A stretch of 47,675 nucleotides of DNA, counting the filler, from Porpidia crustulata (Eukaryota), in assembly GCA_964255105.1 (NCBI GenBank). It is 2 parts of 2 records of this genome, joined end to end, with 100 filler letters (N's around TTAATTAATTAA, not from the genome) between each part and the next. Parts side by side here need not be neighbours in the genome. Positions count along the whole stretch, not along the records: positions 1 to 23,806 come from CAXUWE010000067.1; 1 more part is not named here. One strand, 5' to 3'. Under the pieces are notes generated by a model. The model saw only the letters and a program-made list of their open reading frames with translations. It searched no databases and had not been told where the DNA came from. Shown here piece after piece: positions 11,473 to 23,906 of the stretch (positions within the stretch are counted from its first letter, which is position 1; the number at the start of each line of letters is the position of its first letter). The position numbers and the translations under genes are program-made.

Positions 11473-14400
11473 ATGGATGGCGCTCAAGATCGGATAGCTG
11501 AGCTTATTGCATCGCTTGACGGCAAAGATGGACCAGGCTTCTCTCGTGTCAGCTCACCAGGTGGAGAAGGAATTTGTCCAAACAAACAAACGGCTCGTAA
11601 TCGGCCGCGAACCTATCCCTACTTTCGATATCTACCTTATGAAGTCGAGGACGAGGCTGAAAGGCAAAGAAATTTCGATGAGATCTTGAAGCACCTCTAT
11701 GTTGCTGTGGAGGCAGGAGACTTTATGCCAGGCGCAGTACATTGGACGAGGGAGCTCAGAAACTGGTTGGGACTCAAATTCGATCCCTCCAAGGAACAGA
11801 GGCTTAGAATGGTGAAGCTTTACTATGAACTCGCCCTTGCGCCCGGCATTGATGTGACAGCGGCTGAGAGGTTCTCGAGCATGTTCATGGTTTTAACAAA
11901 GTGTGTTCATCTTTATCTTTCCCTCTCTGGGTTAATAGCTGACTCCATGGAAGGCGAAAACACTATCTTCGGTCTGGTATAGATTTGACTCTCGACTGGA
12001 AGCCGCTGTTTCGAGAACTGAAGGTCTTTCTTCTCCCATCAGAGTCAGGCATAGTTCAAACGACAAATTTGAAACGAAGTTTCCGCACACTTACCAAACT
12101 CTGTACATTTGCCCAGTTGTACTTTGACCCTGTAACCATACCAGTAATGCTGAAAGAGATTCTGCCCTACTTTAGTACATCATTCACTGAGGGTGCGTAT
12201 GTAGTAGCTGGGTTATTGAACCTACTATTACCAACTGTTCCAGCACCGGTCGCCGAGAGCACCCTGGTACCGCAGCAATACCTTCCAACACTCTTTCATT
12301 TATGGTCCTTGGTCAATCGCTCCAGGGTGTTTGATACGTACTTCCTCGATCTCTTCTCGAGGCTAGCTCGTGATTCCCTGCCCGCAGATCACATTCAATT
12401 TACAGAGTATGGGTTGTACACGAAAGACCAATCATCCCTCATTTTCACCGCCGTCCTGCGTCTCCTCGACATTCCTGTCGGTCAAGCAACCTCACCATAC
12501 AGCGGGACAGTGGATGTCGGTGCAGGGCTTGCGATCATGCTGGAGCGAGATCCGAAGAAGCACCCGATTGCGCATCACATCGCCCGATGGATTGTAATGT
12601 CACTCTCTCCGGCGTGTATGGATAAGTCCAACTCGATCGTGGCCAGCCTAGAGGGCCTTATTCAAGCCGTGGAAACTTTTTTCCACCCATCAAATTCAGG
12701 TGGCTGGACAAAGACGTTGTCGCAACTGGTGTACTACCTGGCAGACTTTTTCGTTATGAGGTGGAACCGCGAAAAGAGTGGAGAGATGGACATACCCGAA
12801 GACCGCAAGCTCAGCGATGCCCTCAAGCGCCGTTTCGTATTATGTCTTAGGGATGTTGTTTTCATGGGGATCTACTCAAAGAGTGGGACTGCAATGAACT
12901 TCTCCCTATCTACTCTTCAAAGCTTAGCATACCTGGAACCAACTCTGGTATTGCCAGGAGCACTCCAGCGAATCTATCCCTCAATGCAGGGCCTGGTCGA
13001 GGTTCACCGCACGACGTCTTCCCTTCGCTCACTGCAAATACTTTCGAGAGTCATGGTGAGAACCAAAGGGTTTAGGTGTCACGTGACGACGATGTTAGGC
13101 CTCGCTCTGCCTGGAATAGATGCGAACGACCTGGAAAAAACCCTCTACACGTTGTCATACATTCAGTCAGTATGTTACAATATACCTTTCCATGATCTGA
13201 CCAAGGGGAAAGACAACGTTAGTGGCAGTATGCTTGCAGTCGAGTGGATCACCTCCGAAGTTGATCGGATGGAGCAAGAAGGCGTCAACGTAGAGCTTGA
13301 CTACCAAAATACGCTTAGCAATGAGGATGAGGAGATTATACTCCGTGCATCAACGGCATCGTTCGCTGAATTCCTGAGTTCTTTTCTAGGCCGAGTCTTT
13401 ACCTTGTTAGAAAATCTCCCTGATGCTTCAAGGGTAGTATCAGGTTCGCCTGAAGAAAATGTTGTGAATACCTTGCCAGTTACCTTTACGCCTCTCTTAG
13501 CTACTTTGTCTCCCGAACTTTACGACTTAGCACTGAATAAAATTGCGGACTTTGTTGGCAATCATGTCATACACCAGGCCCGAGATGCGATGGCCTTTAT
13601 TTGCAGCACTCTATGCAAAGTGGAACCCGTAAAGGGCCTAAAGCGTTTAGTTCCAATGTTGATCCAGTCTATTCGGACGGAGATCGACGAAAATGGCGCT
13701 GCAGCAACTCGCAACACTGGCACAGATGTTCTGCCTCGGGATCGTGGGCTTGTTTGGAGTGTTAGTATGCTCAGCATGTGTGTGGTCCATGTTGGGGACG
13801 CCGTCTTGAATCATAAGCGAGAGCTTTTTGACATCGCGATCTACATGCAGCAGAAGTGTAAGGGCATCCCAACTGTCCACATATCCAATTACATACACCA
13901 TCTTCTTCTTAATCTTACAGGTACCTACACTGTTGATTACTCTCTTTACGAAGAAGATGCTCTGGCCAGAGGTCTTGGACCCCAAGATTGGGGCATGAGC
14001 CCAGACCCTCAGCAAATGAATATTAAATGGCACGTTCCCTGTAGACAGGAAATAGACTTCGCTGTGGAGTTGTTCAAAGATCAGGGCGAAAACGCGCTAC
14101 ACCATCTGGAATCACTCACTGACGGAAGTTCAAGTATCAAAAGAGACGGTACTGGCAAAGAATGGTCCGATGAGGTGTCTCGGAATCTTGTGCTTCTTAG
14201 ACTTCTGCTCTCAGGTGTCTCTTTGCTATTTGACGCAAACACTGTCGAAGAACAGGGCTCTGACTTGGATACAGAAATGATCGATGATGTGAACATTGTT
14301 CACGCCAATGGAATTTCGCCCGAGTCTCAGAATACCGATTCATATTCCCCAAGCGAAGACTCTGAAGAAGACGAGGTGAAGCCAACGTTTAAGTATCCTA

Positions 14401-17400
14401 CGGGGTATTTGCTTGGAGGAGACGATCCAGCCTATCGAGAGGTCCACGATGTACGTAGAAGGGCGGGGGAGCTTTTGCATAGGGTTCATCGATTCTTGGT
14501 CGAAAAGCAAGAAGATGACGTTGCATGCTTTCGTGCTCTATACACTGCATACAGATCTTGGTTCATCGACGTCGGGATTGAGAGATCTGCTCATGTACTA
14601 GACAGGGTCACAAGGCTTCTATCCGCAGATACACAGCCATACAAAGTGAGCGGACTCAGGAAGGAATATCCAAGGCCACTCCTACTCCGAAGAGCAAACG
14701 TGTATCACTTGCAACGTTTGCGTCATAATTCAACTCCAAGGGCCAAGTCAAATCTATCAAAACAATTGCTTCTTGATCTCGCGGAATCCGGTGTCTCACT
14801 TTACACAGATGTTCGCCGCAATGCGCAGAGTGCGGGTGAAGCCGCCTTAAAGTCCATTATTGGAGGACGGCCTTTTGTGATACCTCTATTACTCCATGCA
14901 CTCGAAACAGGCGTAAAAACAAACGACTTCGCACGCATCAAAGGCGCCATCTATTCGCTGCTATATGGCAGCCTTGCCAAAACCATCGGCCGAGACTGGA
15001 GATATGCTCCCCCTATCATAAAGGCATATATTACTGCAAGCACAACGGATAAACCCTCGATTCAAAAGATTTGTTCTCAGGCCACCCTCCAAATCATGGA
15101 CTTTGGAAGGCCGCTCGAGCGGACAGTCATTCTTGGGAAGGACGTAGTCCGAGCCATTGCGCCAACCGACAATGTTGAGACGGTAATCGACAAAAGAAAG
15201 GAGAAAGTGGCGCACAAGCGATTTCAAACAGAGGCCAAGAAGGCTGCTTTGTCGGAAGAGTTAATTGACATGGCTAGGAAGTCGCACTGGAAAAAAGCCA
15301 GCCGTACTGCCGCGATTGTGATCACACTTGGCTTTAGATTTGACGGGATCGCATCTGAGAATATGATAGATCTGATTTCCCGTGGCGCAATCGACTCTCA
15401 TCCTGGGCTGAGAGGTCTGTATTCTGGCGCTCTTGTCGCTCTCTTTTCCTTGATAGACTCTCGCGCGAGTGCACAGCATAGCTACGAGAATTACCTTGTG
15501 GACAAGCAGTACTTTCCAGCCAAGATTCAGGTTCCGACACACCAAGAGGATCCCGAGTGGACCCAGGCTTTCCTAGCAAAGTTCGCACACGAAGATGCAG
15601 AATACTATATCGACCATGATCACCCTGGATGGCTTGTGTGGGATAAAACAATGCCTGCTTACAAATCCAACCTCAAGATCGATTTAGACTATGATGATAC
15701 AGAACGAAAAGCACTTGACCAAATTGGCAAACTCCTTGATCGAGCATGGTTTGCGGCTTTCTTTGGTTATCTCAAGCAAGAACCGCGTGATGCTGCCGCC
15801 GACCGCTTCCGGATGTCCAGCGCGCTAATGCTAGTATACGCTTTTGAGCTTATTTATCGAGGCTCCACCAGTGCCGTCATATCAGACATTCAAGAAGAGG
15901 TTGCCCAGGTCTTTGGCGACGGGTCTGACAAGCATCAGCATCGTGCAACAGCGGAAATACTTGGAGCACTTCTAACGTCTACTGTTGACAAGCCCATCGA
16001 GATTCGTACCATGATCTGGGATTATGCATTCCCTATCGTGGAGAAGGTTTTCACAGATGGTCTTACACCTGAAAACTCCTCCTACTGGATGACGTTCTTG
16101 CATATGGTCCTCCAGGGAAAGGATCCAAGACGGTCATGGCCTCTTGTAGATTGGCTTGCCTCTTTCAGGTTAGACATGGCTTCGAATGCGGCCTTCAAAG
16201 AAAGCTCAAAAATACAATTGCTACAGCAGTGTATAAGTGATGTGGGATGGCACTTCCAGATGGAGAAACCCATTATTGAAGATTTTATGAGGCACCTAGA
16301 CCATCCCTACAAGGGTGTCCGTGAAGCCATGGGACACACGCTTGCTACCATCTACCGCTCTCGGTACCATGAGTCTTACAAAGACATCGATACCCTGATT
16401 GAGGAGCAACGAATGGCATCTTCAATCGGCACACGCCCGTATCAGCCATCCGAGGAATTCGCTAAGACCATCAACGACATCTTTGAGCGGCTAGAGGTTT
16501 GGAGGCTAGAACGTACGCCCGGCTCACAAGCACCATCGGCATATACTTCCGGCAGCAAGACGGTGCTCTTATGGCTTGACTCGACTTTATCATCTCACGA
16601 GTGCACTCAATTACTACAATTCTTCCCTAATGTGTTCATGGAGCAGCTACTGCACATGATGGACATTAAAGAGGATCAGGAGCTCCAGGGGCTAGCGTAT
16701 CACGTTTTTAGACATCTTCCAAACATTCCACATCGAAAGGGCGAAGACGGGGAATTCATCGCTGCTCTGATTCGCATTGGCACCACATCCCCATTGTGGC
16801 ACCAGCGTCTCCGGGTTTTGATCAACATGCAGGTAGTATACTTTCGACGGCTGTTTCTTATATCGCGCGAACAGCGGCAAAAGCTGCTCAGCTGCGTGGC
16901 AAGCATGTTGGAAGATACACAGCTCGAGGTACGGTTTGGTGCCGCCTCGACGCTTTCTGGTATGATCCGATGCTCCCCAGTTGCTTTGCGTACGGATATT
17001 GTCCACGATCTCAACAAGAAATTCACACGGATGCTTCTCGAATCGCCGCTACCGAAGAAACCGAGAAACGGTGTTTCAGTAGCAGCTTCAAGGACCAGTA
17101 CGCCCACTCCAGAGCACACAAAGCTTGTCCTTACTCGCCATGCCTCTGTGTTGGGACTCGGGGCCCTTGTGCAGGCCTTTCCCTACAGTTCCCCGCCACC
17201 GTCTTGGATTCCCGGTGTTCTAACAACCTTAGCTAACAAAGCCAATTCTGACCCCGGCATGGTAGGCAAGAGCGTTAAGAGCATCTTGAGCGACTTTAAG
17301 AAGACAAGGCAAGACACTTGGCACATGGATTTGAAGGTACGTGGATATGCCCGTCATTCGGAAATTCCGTAGTGATGCATTCCTTTATTGACTACTCGGA

Positions 17401-17468
17401 ACTAGGCATTCTCCCAAGAACAAGCGGAAGATCTAGACGGCGTACTGTGGAAAAGCTATTTCGCATAG
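11473..17468 (+). CDS. BLM10: Proteasome activator Blm10/PA200 (PSME4), 3 exons
   Basis: ~2000-aa helical-repeat protein; FFHPSNSGGW, LPGIDANDLEKT, LSDFKKTRQDTW. Introns ~11902-11954 and 17338-17405. Last exon ends WKSYFA*, a HbYX-like C-terminus. Confidence 0.95.
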
Positions 17469-18272
17469 CAAAGCGCACACCAATTAGGATGGATTTTCAT
17501 TTCGTGTCTCTAAGGAATTTGGCCCTGGAACATGTTACAATGGAGATTTCAACTGCACTGTAGCGCGGCGTTGGGCGGCGTACTTTTGCACATTGAGCCA
17601 GGAGCCGGCTACATAGCATCACGGTACAATAGCATGGGCGACATAGAAGTTACTAGAAGTGCAGATACCACTGTATTATTAACGATATATGCCTGGCAGA
17701 AGCGTTTCTATGATCGTTTCTGCGAGTTCTCTAACGTCCACAAGCGTCATGTGCTTCCTAGGACCCCTTATGTTGCATAGATTGCTAGGAACGAAGTCAT
17801 TTATGCTCCCTCCGCTCCGAGTGTTCGTCTGTGAAGCTGAATTTCACCATAGATACCCATTTGGGATTCTTGTATATAACATCTTTCGAAAATGGCAGCA
17901 CACGAGGGATTCCCATGTGATAATGTTTTGGCGCGACTACCTACTTTGCTACTGATCGGTTACTTTAACCTTCACACTTTACCCCGCGTCAATGAGGGCT
18001 TACGGGACCAATTGATATTATTTATTTATTTACAGGGTACAGTATCCAGACGAGGGGTCTGATTTACTGTTGAGTAGTACAACCGACATCTTCCTGGAAC
18101 ATCGATGCGTTTCTGTCTTCTTGATTGCGTCGAGCAGTGCTCTTGTATATGAGGTCTCTTGGAAGAACTCCTATTGAGCGCGAATTGTCACAACACCTCA
18201 GAACTGACCTTTCTACCTTGGCAACCGCTCCCCCACACGTGCTTTGGCAGATGCTAGAGACTATCAGTAGCA

Positions 18273-20022
18273 ATGGCCGCTTCGGATCCGCACATTTTAG
18301 AGCACGATACGAACAGTGAGACCAAAAGCTTACACGAGAACAACGAGAGGCTCAAGAACTCGTTCATTGGTTCGATAGACCAGGGCACAACGAGCACAAG
18401 GTTCCTTGTCTTCGACGGTCTAGGCACACCAGTAGCTTCTCATCAAGTAGAGTTCAAGCAGATATACCCGCATTCGGGGTGGGTGTGCCATGCAAGACGT
18501 TCGAGGATGTAGCTGTCAACGTTAATTACTCTGTAGGTGGATAGAACACGACCCCCAAGAGATAATCGACTCGGTTGAGACATGTCTCGAGAAGGGAACA
18601 GAAGCATTCGTTGACCTCGGACACTCAATCTCCGAAATCAAGGCGATCGGCATCACCTCCCAACGAGAGACTACAGTGGTTTGGGATAGTGAGAGTGGTG
18701 AAACTCTGTACAATGCTATTGCGTGGCCAGATACAAGAACGCACAACATAGTGCGAGAAATGAAGGCACGTAAAGGGGCCGACAAGCTTCAGGACATTTG
18801 TGGTTTACCTTTGTCAACATACCCGTCGTCGTTGAAGTTGATGTGGTTGCTGCGAGAATCAAAAAAGGTACAGAAGGCCTATGAATCATCCCGCCTCATG
18901 TTTGGGACCATTGACACGTGGCTGCTCTATAAATTGAATGGAGGAAAAGACCACAATGTGCATATCACTGACGTGACTAATGCTTCAAGAACCATGTTTG
19001 TGAATCTTCAAACTCTAGAATACGACTCATTTCTCTTGGAATTCTTTGGATTAGACAGGAAAAAAATCATATTACCAAGAATCGTACCTTGCTCGGACCG
19101 AAATGCATTTGGCTCACTAGCCTCGGGTCCATTGAAGGGAGTGAAGATAACAGGATGCCTCGGAGACCAATCGGCTGCACTCGTGGGACAACTAGCTTTC
19201 TCTCCTGGCATGGCCAAGAACACTTATGGCACCGGTTGTTTTCTCTTATACAATGTTGGCGAGAAACCTGTCATGTCGAGCCATGGACTGCTGGCAACCG
19301 TCGGGTATCACTTTGGCGGTAGTCGCAAACCGGTGTATGCCCTGGAAGGCAGCATTGCAGTAGCTGGAAGTGCCGTAAAGTTCCTGATGAGCAACTTCGG
19401 ATTCTTCAAAGCTTCCAGCGAAATCAATGATGTTGCGGCTAGTGTAGAAGACAGTGGAGGCTGTGTGTTTGTCACGGCTTTCAGTGGACTTTTTGCACCG
19501 TATTGGGTTGATGATGCCAAAGGAACAATATTTGGTCTCACGCAATACACTGAAAAGGGACATATAGCGCGAGCCACCATGGAAGCTACATGCTTTCAAA
19601 CAAAAGCAATCCTAGAGGCCATGGAAAAGGACAGCGGCCACAAACTAGCTCAACTAGCAGTCGACGGTGGTATGAGTAATTCCGATCTCTGCATGCAGGT
19701 GCGTGCACCCAATTCGCCCCGAAGTTTGCTAACCATGAGCCATATCTGAATCCGCTAGACTCAAGCCGACATAATTAAAATTCCTGTCGATCGACCCGCG
19801 ATGCGGGAGACCACAGCCCTTGGTGCTGCCATTGCCGCAGGCTTCGCAGTAGATGTGTGGAAAGATTTTGATGAGCTGAAAGATGTCAACCAAGAGGATC
19901 GTAAGTTTTTCAAGCCGCAGATCTCGAACGAGGCAAGTGAGAAGATGTATAAGAGGTGGGAGAAAGCCGTGGAAATGTCGAGAGGATGGCTCGATTCCGA
20001 AGATGGCACAGAAAGTACATAA
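18273..20022 (+). CDS. GUT1: Glycerol kinase (FGGY family), 3 exons
   Basis: [73 protein letters not shown]. Introns ~18479-18536 and ~19699-19759. Confidence 0.97.
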
Positions 20023-21256
20023 TCCGAGGTATCAGATGAGGTACCTAATGGGATAGAACTTGTTAGCCTTTGCTTGTAAATTATTGAATCCATTGTATCT
20101 ATTCTGTCACGCTTCCTGCATGAGAGCAGACCTTGCTTTTTGCGAGTGCAACTCAGCTTGAGCCAATGGTCACGGTGATGGGTGTCATCTAGAAGAGCCG
20201 CAGGTTGTTGTGTATCGGTGAGCACCGCGCCGTTTGAATATAAATGTGCCTCACTGACATCCAGTCGGCTCAATAGAGTCTCAAGAAAAAGCAGAGCTTG
20301 CTAGGAGCCCGGAGCTGACCTGATGTCTGGCAATCCAACCAACGAGAAGCCGATGAATGATTGTTTGGATGTCGACTTAATGAAAATTCCGTTCTGTCGC
20401 GAGCTCCGAAAGGAGGCGCTACATAATTAGACCGGCGGGAGGAACGGGCCACTGCGACATATTGCTGAGTGAAACTGCCTCGCAAAATGCAGCTACTGCG
20501 TCTTCATCTTATTCGGAAGCCACAGCGGAGAAGCCGTCGTTTTGAACGCTCTTCCGGTCCCAGACCGTTACTTGGGCCTGTATCTCGCATGATCTGGGAC
20601 CCGCTATGAGTACATGTCCAATCAAGTCTCTGTCAGCGAAGCCGCGTTCAGATTGGCAAAGCGTGCCTGGACAACGCCTAAGGCAAGGACTAGCTGTGAT
20701 TGGCACCTGCTCTGCAGGCCCTGTCAGAATGGAAGCATGTCAGTTGTTTCCTTCTCAACCAACGAACGTTCAGAGCAAAGCCCTCTAAACCGAATCCCTC
20801 AAGCATCCTGCAGCCCGAGATGTGTAGTGGATGGCAGAGATGTCCCTTCGACTCGAGAGATCGATGAGTCAAGCCAGTCGGGCTCTAAAAGCCCCTTGTT
20901 CGAACTTCTCCGCTTTTCGATGGCCTTTGCCGCGGATCAATGATAGACGAATTCCACAGTCTACCACATCTACGTAAAACGAGGCCGATTCACTCTATCC
21001 GGCCAATTCAGGATCCATGCCTTTCCTTCCAACATGAATTGAACCCCGATCTCAAGGCCCTCCCTGTCATTTGCAGAGCGCCTCGACAACTAGCCGTTAC
21101 GAGCTATCTTGTCGCGTGATGCTCCTCCTTCTCCTCACAATAAGCGCATTGGGCCCCTCTTAACACCCTCCAATGGATAGAAAAGTCTCAGAATGCCCAG
21201 ACCCATCACCCCACCAATCTTTCGTGTTCAACCGTCAGTCCCTCCACGTTCTAAGA

Positions 21257-21677
21257 ATGTGTGACTACACGCAAGTCAATTACCAATGCGGTCACGTACG
21301 CTATATTGTCAAAGCATGGTGTACTCGTTACCAATCCACGCAACAGCGATGTCCTCCCAACGTTGTTGCAGTGTAAGATCTACCCGGCTAAACGGGAGTT
21401 TCTACCTGTCATTGAAGACTTTGGACTGACATCATCCTTGACAGAGAAACCAAGGCTAACGAGAAATGCGGTATGTTCTCCTACCGCAATCCCAAACCTT
21501 TTATCCATCCCCGTTTCTATCATCTACAATGCATCTCTTATGTTCTTGCTTTGTCGGAACCTCGATAGATTCAGATGTCGCTACATTATAATATCTGAGC
21601 CTCTGCGTTTCCACCAAAGCCTCATAGTCCTGAGTAGTGTATCTCTAGGGGACTGCAAAGCTACGCCGGCAAAATGA
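21257..21677 (+). CDS. Small Cys-rich protein (56 aa), putative zinc-binding, 3 exons
   Basis: Two canonical introns (GTAAGA..CTGAC..CAG; GTATGT..TAG) give MCDYTQVNYQCGHVRYIVKAWCTRYQSTQQRCPPNVVAVETKANEKCGDCKATPAK*. Confidence 0.75.
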
Positions 21678-22846
21678 AAGCTTTGCGTGTCCACTACGCA
21701 GTACCGCGGAATCCACCAGTGCCATGCATGAATATATCGTTCGTTCCTGTCGAGGATTGCAACACCTAGAACGTTATTCGAAGGCCTTTCAAGCCAAGAA
21801 GAACGTTCTGATCTATCTTTCCAATAATCTATGAGCCATAGATTCCTTACACGATCAAGCCGTTGACCATCTGATTTCGCCCCAGGATACCTGCAGAAAG
21901 CCAGAATATCCGTCCGAAACAAAGCACCGACCTGGAGGCTACATGGCATACCTACGACTGCTTTTGCTTTGCATGCATCTAATGGTGGCTCAAGTCTTCC
22001 ACGGTTTGAAACCCTTTGCCCCGGTTTCCCAGAGGCGGATTCATGGTCATCAACGCTCGCCACAATAAGTCGGATTTCCTTGACATGCCGAACCAACCTT
22101 CCAGATTGACATCTACGTTTCCGCCAAACACGGAGTTCTGGGTATAGCGAGGATCCAGTGGGTCATGGGCCGAAACAAACGACGTCAAATGCTGGGAGGT
22201 TGGGTTGGAATAGGTTAGAGGATTTGCCTCGTTACCTCTGGCCTCGCTCCGCTTTTTGTCGCTGTAACATCAAATGTACATCTGTCTCTTTCTCTTGCCT
22301 GTGATGAGCTGCGTGAACACATCAGCTTTCAATCTCATTCATCAATGTCCTATTAGAGATGTCACATCGATTTGGGAGGGTTGCATATTTCGAGGGAGAC
22401 TGAGAATTACTTTTGTTAGGTGGAGTCAGCATTCCGCCAGCTGCTTTATTTAGACCAGGATCGCACCGCTTCAGACGCCAACAAGGTCCTCAATACAAGA
22501 TTTCAGGGCTTCTAATACGAGGTGCTGATTTTTCGTACGCTCGTGCTACCAGCGATCAGGACACCGGTCCCGCAACTAACCGTAGTAGTGGCATCGAATG
22601 ATGAAGATCATGTTCAGCCACATTACTAACAGCCACAAATGACAATGGATGTGTTCGCCGTGCAGTCCTTTACCAATTTCTATCCCCAGCATCTCCGTGG
22701 TTTTCATCGGCGTTTTGATACATGACCCAACAAAATCAATACTTTGGAGCGCCATTGCATCTCATGCCGCTGACTTCACCCGTACTATGACTCCATCACA
22801 CCTCCTGCATCATACCGGACAGACAAATGGATAGTGCCAGCTCTGG

Positions 22847-23806
22847 TCAAGCTACATAGCACGAGAGATTATAGACCACACATGCAATTCCTTCCAGCGC
22901 AAGGTACAAAATACTCCAACTGCCCTGCTCTTCTCTCTGCATGCACCAGCATCTCGCGCTACGCTTTAGAAATTGTTCAATATTAAGCAGCTCTCGATGC
23001 ACCGTCTGATGCCCCGGCAACCCTTGCCTACACAATTTCCCTACTTCCCGAGCCCGCCTAATGAATATAAGTGGAGTCTGCAAGGAAAGCATTTCTAGAG
23101 CTTGATGAACGACGAATCCATCGTTCTTAATCCTTATACTCTGGGAAAATCCTGGCCGCTGATGTCTACTTCCAGAATTGATGTTCAGGAATTGCATGTG
23201 CTAGTACTCGCACGCACAGCAAAAAATTTCTCTCTCCTTCTCATCGAGTTTGTTTCGGACTCTTACTCTAATCAAAACTCGACTTGTGTCATCCTTTCTA
23301 CGTGAATCTTCCAAATCGTCCAAGCGTTCGTACTATTCTATCGAGACTTTTAACCCTCTTTCCCGTCCCGGAGTATAATATTGATCTTTTCCGAGATTCT
23401 TATATTCAAGCCAAAACATTTTATGTGCTACCTTGTCTCCCCGTAGCTTCCAAGTATTATGAGCCTCCGTATCGATGTCAACATCCTCTCCAAGAAACAA
23501 TTCAAGCCATTCTGTCGTCACGGCGCTACCTTTTGTCTTCTAAATATTCCAAAGAAGCCGAGATTTGCTACATGACAACCGCAAACCCGATCTAGCAGAT
23601 TCTCACGATACAGCCTTCTCTGTGATAGATATAACAAAAAGCACCAGCTAAAACTAGCATCGTGAATTCAACGACACGGATTATCCTTCTCATCTAGTCA
23701 AGCAATACCGGATCCGAGATACACCCTTCAAGAATCCTCCTTCCTCCACCTCCACTTCCAGCGCACGTATCCCATGATCCAGACCTCTCCATCCCCCACA
23801 CAACCC
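22847..23806 (-). pseudogene. Probable decayed coding sequence of unknown family
   Basis: ORFs 23333-23521 and 22847-23197 share one frame, and the stretch between them reads as protein interrupted only by TAG codons (IE*YERLDD...IFCCACEY*HMQF). More stops lie upstream; runs into the gap. Confidence 0.4.
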
Positions 23807-23906
23807 NNNNNNNNNNNNNNNNNNNNNNNNNNNNNNNNNNNNNNNNNNNNTTAATTAATTAANNNNNNNNNNNNNNNNNNNNNNNNNNNNNNNNNNNNNN
23901 NNNNNN
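23807..23906. other. Artificial contig-joining spacer (N44-TTAATTAATTAA-N44)
   Basis: Exactly 100 nt and symmetric; the central 12-mer carries stop codons in all six frames. Confidence 0.97.

Noticed and set aside
12370..17236. Short overlapping and antisense ORFs within BLM10 (likewise in GUT1, MPG1 and the NLR)
   Set aside because: Expected shadow ORFs of long coding sequences, with no motifs.
23851..23862. Perfect palindrome TTAATTAATTAA
   Set aside because: Assembly linker, not biological.
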